A program made the position numbers and the translations under genes. DNA of 32,000 bases from Candidatus Electrothrix sp. GW3-4 (lineage in GTDB: Bacteria; Desulfobacterota; Desulfobulbia; Desulfobulbales; Desulfobulbaceae): positions 990,001 to 1,022,000 of the forward strand of contig NZ_CP147990.1 in assembly GCF_037902255.1 (NCBI RefSeq), given 5' to 3'. Under the pieces are notes generated by a model. The model was given only the letters and a program-made list of their open reading frames with translations. It was not told the origin of the DNA and ran no database searches. Below, one piece after another: positions 25,871-32,000 of the stretch; within the stretch, counting starts at the first letter, position 1, and every line of letters starts with the position of its first letter.

Positions 25871-28239
25871 TGCGAATACCTTTCAAAAAAATTTGGGCAA
25901 AGTCTATCGCACGGCAGCTAATGCTGGGAATCGCCCTTGTTCACACTGTCCTGATGACCATATTCGTTGTTGATTTAGTTCACAGGGAAAAAATGTTTTT
26001 TCTTGATCTCAGCCAAAAGCAGGCCTTTGGGCTTGCGAAAACACTGGCGACAAATGCCACTTCATGGGTATTGGCTCGGGATTTTATTGGCATGGAGGAA
26101 ATAATTATATCCCAATCCGGTTTCCCAAACCTTCGATTTGCCATGTTAGTGGATGCAAAAGGCCAAGTTCTTGCCTACACAGACACCGAGCAAGTCGGCA
26201 AATATATAGATGATGAAATAAGCAGAACCCTTTTAACGGCTAAGCCTGAACCGTATATACTTGTTAATGATTCCGACTTTATTGATACAGCGGCTCCCAT
26301 CATTGTCAATAAACGCCAAATCGGCTGGGCTAGGGTTGGCATAAGCCGGGCAGGTATTAGCGATAATATAAAGCAGGTTACTCGCAACGGTTTACTGTAT
26401 ATGCTGATAGCCATTATTGTCGGTACCTTCTTTGCCTGGTTTATGGCCCGAGGTCTGACAACTGATATCAGAAAATTGGTCTCACGGGCGAATCAATTGC
26501 AACATGGTGAAAAAGACATTGATTTTTTTCTGGAGAGAGAAGATGAACTTGGCACGATGGCACAAAGGTTCCAGGAGCTTAATAAGACCCTGCTTATCCA
26601 GGTTGACAATTTACAACGAGAGATAACAGCTAAAAAAAATGCTATTGATAAGCGAGATCAAATTGAAGGGAGATTGAGAAAGGCAATCGATATTATTGAT
26701 AATAGTTATGCGGTTGTTTTTAGATGGAAAAATGAGGAGGGGTGGCCAGTTGAATATGTGTCGAAGAATGTTAAAGATATTTTTGGTTATCCTGCAGAGA
26801 CTTTTATTTCGAGTAAAATAGCATACTCAGATTTCATTCATCCTGATGATTTAGCTAGGGTGGCAAAAGAGGTTGAGCAACACATTAAGACAAAGGGGCG
26901 TGAAGATTTTATCCTTAAACCGTACAGGGTTATAGCGATTGATGGTTCCAGGAAATGGTTGGAAGGCAAGATAAATATAGTACGAAATGATAAAGGGGAT
27001 GTCACTCATTTTGAAGGGATCGTGTTGGATATTTCATTTCGGGTTGAGGTTCAGGAAAAAGCAGCAGCAATGGAAATGAGGCTTAGGCAGGCGCAAAAAA
27101 TGGAGGCTATAGGTACGCTTGCCGGGGGAATAGCACATGATTTTAATAATATATTAGCTGCGATTATTGGCTATACTGATCTGGCGAAATTGCATGTCAC
27201 TCCCGGAACAACAATAGAGAGAGATCTTGAACAGGTGTTAATTGCAGGCGATCGGGCAAAAAGATTGATAAAACAAATTCTTGCTTTTAGCCGTCAGGTT
27301 GAGGTTGAACGTGTTTTTATAAGAATACAGCCCCTTTTAAAAGAAGGATTAAAACTGATCAGATCTTCACTTCCCAGCACAATAAGTATAATCACAGACA
27401 TTGATCCGTATATTAGTCCTGTTTGGGCGGATCCGACCCAAGTTCATCAGATTTTGATGAATCTCTGTACCAATGCCTCGCAGGCTATGGAAACGAGCGG
27501 GGGGACACTTTCCGTTTCTTTACAAAACGTTTTTATTCAAGATGATGATCAACCTCCTCATGTGCATCTTGCACCTGGAGAGTATGCTGAATTGACGGTT
27601 GCTGATACAGGAGTCGGAATAGATCCTGATATTATTGAGAGGATATTTGATCCCTATTTTACCACAAAGTGCAAAGAGAAAGGGACAGGCCTCGGTCTGG
27701 CAATTATCCACGGTGTTATCTCAGATTATGGCGGAGCAATCACCGTTGAAAGTGAATTGGGCAAGGGGGCAACCTTTCATGTCTTCTTTCCGGTAACAGA
27801 AAAAACGGAGGATGCCGAACTCCAGAAGACAAAGGAACTGGAAGATATCCCTCATGGTACGGAACGGATTCTGTTTGTTGATGATGAAGAGCTTTTGATA
27901 AATATGGGTAAAGACATGCTCTCACAACTCGGTTATCATGTCATTGTTAAAAAAAGCAGTTTAGAAGCCCTGGAGACCTTCAATGATCAACCTGATAACT
28001 TTGATCTTGTGATTACAGACCAGACCATGCCGGATATGACAGGTCTTGAACTGGCTAAAAATATGTTACAGATTCGTCCGAATCTTCCAATTATTTTATG
28101 TACAGGATACAGTACTTTGGTTGATGAAAAGATGGCAAAAAATCAAGGTGTTAAGAAATTTCTTTTAAAGCCTGTGAAAAGAAAAAATATTGCTCAGGCA
28201 ATTCGACAGGTCCTGGATGGCGATGAGCAGGCAGCATAA
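25870..28239 (+). CDS. Hybrid sensor histidine kinase (periplasmic domain, HAMP-like linker, PAS, HisKA, HATPase_c, REC)
   Basis: The 789-aa protein has two TM segments flanking about 150 periplasmic residues. A PAS-like region reads YAVVFRWKNEEGWPVEYVS. The H-box is GIAHDFNNIL, and VADTGVGI and KGTGLGLAIIHGV mark the ATPase. The C-terminal REC reads ILFVDDEE...LVITDQTMPDMTG...KKFLLKP. The start overlaps the PBP stop (TAATG). Confidence 0.9.
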   Translation: MRIPFKKIWAKSIARQLMLGIALVHTVLMTIFVVDLVHREKMFFLDLSQKQAFGLAKTLATNATSWVLARDFIGMEEIIISQSGFPNLRFAMLVDAKGQVLAYTDTEQVGKYIDDEISRTLLTAKPEPYILVNDSDFIDTAAPIIVNKRQIGWARVGISRAGISDNIKQVTRNGLLYMLIAIIVGTFFAWFMARGLTTDIRKLVSRANQLQHGEKDIDFFLEREDELGTMAQRFQELNKTLLIQVDNLQREITAKKNAIDKRDQIEGRLRKAIDIIDNSYAVVFRWKNEEGWPVEYVSKNVKDIFGYPAETFISSKIAYSDFIHPDDLARVAKEVEQHIKTKGREDFILKPYRVIAIDGSRKWLEGKINIVRNDKGDVTHFEGIVLDISFRVEVQEKAAAMEMRLRQAQKMEAIGTLAGGIAHDFNNILAAIIGYTDLAKLHVTPGTTIERDLEQVLIAGDRAKRLIKQILAFSRQVEVERVFIRIQPLLKEGLKLIRSSLPSTISIITDIDPYISPVWADPTQVHQILMNLCTNASQAMETSGGTLSVSLQNVFIQDDDQPPHVHLAPGEYAELTVADTGVGIDPDIIERIFDPYFTTKCKEKGTGLGLAIIHGVISDYGGAITVESELGKGATFHVFFPVTEKTEDAELQKTKELEDIPHGTERILFVDDEELLINMGKDMLSQLGYHVIVKKSSLEALETFNDQPDNFDLVITDQTMPDMTGLELAKNMLQIRPNLPIILCTGYSTLVDEKMAKNQGVKKFLLKPVKRKNIAQAIRQVLDGDEQAA

Positions 28240-28324
28240 TATATCCCGCAATTCGGGCAGTATGCCAGGATGAATTCCGTTTCGGCCCGGATGTGAAAAG
28301 CTCCAAAAAATAATAATCACCCTC

Positions 28325-29683
28325 ATGCCCCCCAAAGAACAAAAAGTCTACCTCTGCAGCGCCTGCGGCTATGAAAGCCGGAAATGGCTGGGCCGTTGCC
28401 CGGAATGCGGCGAATGGGACAGCCTGAACGAGCAGAAAAAGCCGAAGCTCCGTACCGGTCGAACAGCAGCGGAAGTCTTTCCCCTGACCGGGGAGGGCGG
28501 TGAAGAGCCGGTCCGCTTGGTGACCGGGATCAGCGAGCTGGATCGCACCCTGGGCGGTGGTATCGTGCCTGGCTCAATGGTGCTGATCGGCGGTGATCCT
28601 GGTATCGGCAAGTCCACCCTGATCCTTCAATTACTGGCCGCCTTGGCAGGGCAAAAACACAAAGTACTCTACGCCAGCGGTGAGGAGTCGGTGGGGCAGA
28701 TTCGGATGCGGGCAGAACGCCTCAACGTGCGCAGTGAGCAGATTTTCCTGGCTGCGGAAAACTCGGTCCAGGCCATTATCGGGCTTGCCACTGAGGTGCG
28801 TCCAGCCTTTCTGGCAGTGGACTCCATCCAGACCATGTTTAGCGAGGAGGTCAGCTCGGCCCCGGGTTCGGTCACCCAGGTGCGGGAATCTGCCTCCCTC
28901 TTTGTTAATCTGGCCAAACGCACCGACCTGCCCATTATCCTGATCGGGCATGTAACCAAGGATGGCTCCATTGCCGGTCCCAGGGTCCTGGAGCACATGG
29001 TGGATACGGTGCTCTATTTTGAGGGCGATAGTGGGCAGGTCTTCCGGGTCCTGCGCACAGTGAAAAATCGCTTCGGTTCCACCAACGAGATTGGAGTCTT
29101 TGAGATGAAGGAAAGCGGTCTTGCTGAGGTGGATAACCCCTCGGCCCTGTTTCTTGCTGAGCGGCCAGTCAATGTTCCCGGTTCCGTGGTCATGCCTAGT
29201 ATAGAGGGCACCCGACCTATCCTGGTAGAGGTCCAGGCCCTGGTCAGTCCCTCCAGTCTGGGCACGGCCCGGCGGACCGCCATCGGCGCTGATCCTCAGC
29301 GCCTAGCCCTGCTCACCGCTGTCCTGGAAAAGAAGATCGGGGTCACCTTGTTTGATCATGATATTTTTCTTAATATTGCCGGTGGAATCCGCATTGATGA
29401 GCCTGCTCTGGATCTGGGCGTGATCGTGGCGTTGCTCTCCAGTCTCTATGAGAAGGTGGTTGAGCCCACCACCGTGGTCTGCGGCGAGGTCGGGCTGGCC
29501 GGGGAGATCCGGGCCGTGGGTCAGATGGAGCAGCGGCTGCGCGAGGCCCAGCGCTTGGGCTTTAAGACCTTTCTCATGCCGGAATCCAGCAGTCGGCAGC
29601 TGGAGGCCGGGGCTGCCAGGGGGATTCAGGTCCATCCGGTGCGTACTGTGCATGAGGTGGTGGAGCGCTTGTTTGTGGGGTAG
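28325..29683 (+). CDS. radA: DNA repair protein RadA/Sms
   Basis: The protein has an N-terminal zinc ribbon (CSACGYESRKWLGRCPECGEW), a Walker A (GGDPGIGKST), a KNRFG motif and a Lon-like C-terminal domain. Confidence 0.95.
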   Translation: MPPKEQKVYLCSACGYESRKWLGRCPECGEWDSLNEQKKPKLRTGRTAAEVFPLTGEGGEEPVRLVTGISELDRTLGGGIVPGSMVLIGGDPGIGKSTLILQLLAALAGQKHKVLYASGEESVGQIRMRAERLNVRSEQIFLAAENSVQAIIGLATEVRPAFLAVDSIQTMFSEEVSSAPGSVTQVRESASLFVNLAKRTDLPIILIGHVTKDGSIAGPRVLEHMVDTVLYFEGDSGQVFRVLRTVKNRFGSTNEIGVFEMKESGLAEVDNPSALFLAERPVNVPGSVVMPSIEGTRPILVEVQALVSPSSLGTARRTAIGADPQRLALLTAVLEKKIGVTLFDHDIFLNIAGGIRIDEPALDLGVIVALLSSLYEKVVEPTTVVCGEVGLAGEIRAVGQMEQRLREAQRLGFKTFLMPESSSRQLEAGAARGIQVHPVRTVHEVVERLFVG

Positions 29684-29696
29684 AGTTTTTTGCCAG

Positions 29697-30320
29697 CTAA
29701 GGGAGGTCGAGCAATTTCTTCAGTTTGTTTCGGTTACAATTAAAAAGACTACTGTACACTAAGTCATCGTCAAGTTCAAAAATGCTCCGTTGGAAAATTT
29801 CATCTTCCAATACCGAAGGATCAGGCGCTTGGCTTAAGAGCTCTGTTTCTAGCCAATGGTAGCTTGTAGGCTTCATTGCGATAAACTCAAGCGCGATGCC
29901 GCTCTCATTGATTCTGGTTATTGATCCGATAGCGCGAACAGCAACTGCCGGATCTCGAGCGGATTCTTTGAAGTCTATTTTGCAGATATCGCCTTTCGAT
30001 TGTTTAAACGATCCCTTAACGAAGGAACCACAGAGGCTCAGGTTGTCAATAAAACCGTTATATTTTCCTGCACTAAAATGAAGGCGTACAGGCCGTTGAA
30101 CTGCTACTCGGGAAAATTTGCGCTGATTGCTGTTATCCATATCTTTGCACAACTTTTCTAATTCTTCGAGTTCTTGATGCAACTTTTCTAAATAATAGGA
30201 ATTTGTTTCGTAGAGACTTGGGTGCTTGTTTTTATAATTATCTCGTACCGTTTCAGTGTAATAGATTTTGATCTTTAACTCGTTAATACGGTGTTGTTTT
30301 GTTTCTTGATTGTTGAGCAT
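29697..30320 (-). CDS. PilZ domain protein with an N-terminal coiled coil
   Basis: RKFSR (the RxxxR motif) and DNLSLCG (the D/NxSxxG motif) have the correct spacing. The N-terminal 60 aa are heptad-like. The gene is visibly more AT-rich than radA. Confidence 0.75.
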   Translation of the reverse strand: MLNNQETKQHRINELKIKIYYTETVRDNYKNKHPSLYETNSYYLEKLHQELEELEKLCKDMDNSNQRKFSRVAVQRPVRLHFSAGKYNGFIDNLSLCGSFVKGSFKQSKGDICKIDFKESARDPAVAVRAIGSITRINESGIALEFIAMKPTSYHWLETELLSQAPDPSVLEDEIFQRSIFELDDDLVYSSLFNCNRNKLKKLLDLP

Positions 30321-30860
30321 GTTGTTCTTTATGATTATCTGTACGGTTAACCTCGTTTTTTAAAACGATATTCTGTGTAAAAAAATATAAAGAACACGTC
30401 AGTGAAAATAAGTCAATAAAGAATCAATAGGTATTGGTAACGATTCATACTCGTTGTGGGACAGGGTACCTTGCAAAAAGTATCTATAACGGTATGATGT
30501 TACGGCCCTGAAACCAGATCGCTCCGTGAAGCTGTGTCAGGAAGTCGAGCCCCAGTGGGCAAAGGAGACTGGATCTTGGGGAGAAATCTGCACAAGATGA
30601 CTTGGCCTGTCTTCTCCATAACCTGTCGGGCTTCCGCATACGAGGCGATAATGACAGCGGTCGAACTGATTTCAGAAGCGAGTTGCGGAGTACTTTGTCA
30701 TGATTTGTCAGCCTGAGTTTGAAAGAATGATTCAGGGTGCTGTTATCTCATGAACTGATCAAAATGTCTTGTGAAAGTAAGTCAGCAAAAAAAATACATT
30801 CCAACTTGTTGGCAATGCTCCCTCTGTACATGCATCTTGGCTGACGGCTGCTTTACAGGA

Positions 30861-31259
30861 TCAGCGCAAGACATGGCGTGTTAAGAACTCATGTAGTTTA
30901 TACGCATCATTTTGTTTATAGAAGTTCATATGAATGGGGTCTCGGTCACCGCGAATCCAGATAGCAAGCTCAGCGCCAAAATGGTGTTTTTCGTTTCCAA
31001 AACTAAACTTGGCTATTCCCATGTAAGGTATGGATGTGCATTCGGTATTTCCGAAGAAAATTCCTTTGTTATCAATGAGGAGAAGTCGTTTCTTCGTGAA
31101 TGCATAGAGATGTTGTCTGCAACTTTTTTTGCATTTTTTATAGGCAGTCTCGATTTCCTCTCCATCCAGGAGAAGTCTTTTATACTTATGATTAAGCTTC
31201 GATAGATTCTTTTCTCTAACTTTTCTTACCTTGTAAAAAAGCCCTATGAATAATGGCAT
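30861..31259 (-). CDS. Bacterial PH (YokE-like, bPH_1-type) domain protein
   Basis: LLLDGEEIETAYK...YAFTKKRLLLIDNKG...ECTSIPYMGIAKFSF...AELAIWIRGDRDPIHMNFYK matches my recollection of the PF08000 pattern. The gene is AT-rich. Confidence 0.6.
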   Translation of the reverse strand: MPLFIGLFYKVRKVREKNLSKLNHKYKRLLLDGEEIETAYKKCKKSCRQHLYAFTKKRLLLIDNKGIFFGNTECTSIPYMGIAKFSFGNEKHHFGAELAIWIRGDRDPIHMNFYKQNDAYKLHEFLTRHVLR

Positions 31260-31462
31260 ACCATCCTCCTTGTTCAGTCAGTACTTGTAAGGTAGCGCCC
31301 AGCATAGCACTAAACTAGTTGATATGGTATGTATTATTTATGTTTTCCTGTAAAAATGTCAATAAAAACAAAATAATGGTAGGGCAGTGTTGAGGCAGAA
31401 TTTCACTGTGACACAATAGCGCCCGTTATGATATCCTGTTTACTCATCAACTTTATCGTAAG

Positions 31463-32000
31463 ATGCAGCACGAGATGTACAGTAAAAGCAGTAAAGGAGC
31501 CCTTACCAATCCCTTTAGCAATACCCGGGTCGACAGCCCGTTTCAGCAGCATATTGATCTGGATGCGGTCCATCGTGATGCCTTTATCCGCATAACCAAC
31601 CTGATCGACGAGATCAGGGGGGATAAGAATCAGCAGAGCCGGGGTGCGGTGGTGCTGGGTGTGGCTGGCAACGGCAAGACCCATTTGATGATGCGGCTGG
31701 CCCGTCATACCCTGAAGACCAATCGCCTCTTTTTTATTCGCCAGCCCAATCATGAAGAGGCGGTGTTCTATCATATCTACAGCCGGATGCTGGAGTCCTT
31801 TATCGAGCCGATCCCGGACACCGAATACTCGCAGCTGGAGTATCTCCTGGGCCGTAGTTTTTCCAAGATTGTCATCAAGACCCTTCAGGGCAGGAAGACC
31901 CTGAACAAAAAGGATGAGCATATCCTGCACGGTCTGTCCCAGGGCCAGCTCAATATCTATACCGTGCTGGGCAAGGAGGGGTCAGAGACCAAGCGGCGGA
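31463..32000 (+). CDS. P-loop NTPase (AAA/STAND-like), N-terminal fragment running off the window (not in the supplied ORF track)
   Basis: Hand translation from ATG 31463 gives MQHEMYSKSSKGALTNPFSNTRVDSPFQQHIDLDAVHRDAFIRITNLIDEIRGDKNQQSRGAVVLGVAGNGKTHLMMRLARHTLKTNRLFFIRQPNHEEAVFYHIYSRMLESF... The frame is open for 179 codons to the edge. The Walker A is GVAGNGKT. The listed minus-strand ORF 31403..31930 is its shadow. Confidence 0.8.
   Translation, partial: MQHEMYSKSSKGALTNPFSNTRVDSPFQQHIDLDAVHRDAFIRITNLIDEIRGDKNQQSRGAVVLGVAGNGKTHLMMRLARHTLKTNRLFFIRQPNHEEAVFYHIYSRMLESFIEPIPDTEYSQLEYLLGRSFSKIVIKTLQGRKTLNKKDEHILHGLSQGQLNIYTVLGKEGSETKRR

Noticed and set aside
30534-30716. 60-aa ORF in a locally GC-richer patch between the PilZ and bPH genes
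   Set aside because: It has no RBS and no recognisable motif in any of the six frames I translated. It may be a relic of a degraded gene or an RNA, but I cannot support a call.

Overview
This window looks like a chromosomal segment from a roughly 50-55% GC bacterium. The gene content (apparent selenocysteine use, many PAS/His-kinase genes) hints at Desulfobacterota, but that is a guess. The core is conserved housekeeping: a leuA with its own leader, creA, tRNA-Val, the classic thrS-infC-rpmI-rplT-pheS-pheT-ihfA block, then frr-uppS-cdsA-dxr, and later radA. Accessory material sits around and between these genes. (1) The left edge carries a very AT-rich zinc-ribbon membrane-protein gene that runs off the window, with a complete 1.86-kb IS element inserted just upstream of it. 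(2) An unknown gene is preceded by a 7 x 21-bp phased palindrome array. (3) A TusA-like gene has an in-frame TGA at the catalytic-Cys position and a SECIS-like hairpin, and is translationally coupled to a small 2-TM protein. (4) A six-gene signalling/transport cluster (REC, CBS, DASS transporter, intramembrane His kinase, REC, degenerate-kinase HPt-like protein) has no recognisable output domain. (5) A PhnD-like binding protein is coupled to a hybrid His kinase. (6) The AT-rich right edge holds a PilZ protein, a bacterial PH-domain protein and a P-loop NTPase that runs off the window. Several of these features are absent from the supplied ORF track: both edge-truncated ORFs, the UGA-recoded ORF, the ATT-initiated N-terminus of infC and the 28-aa Leu leader peptide. 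I found them by hand translation. Two frame disruptions (the IS transposase and the essential pheT) both fall in homopolymer runs and both look like a missing base, so assembly error must be excluded before calling them biological. All family assignments come from motif recognition by eye; no searches were run.
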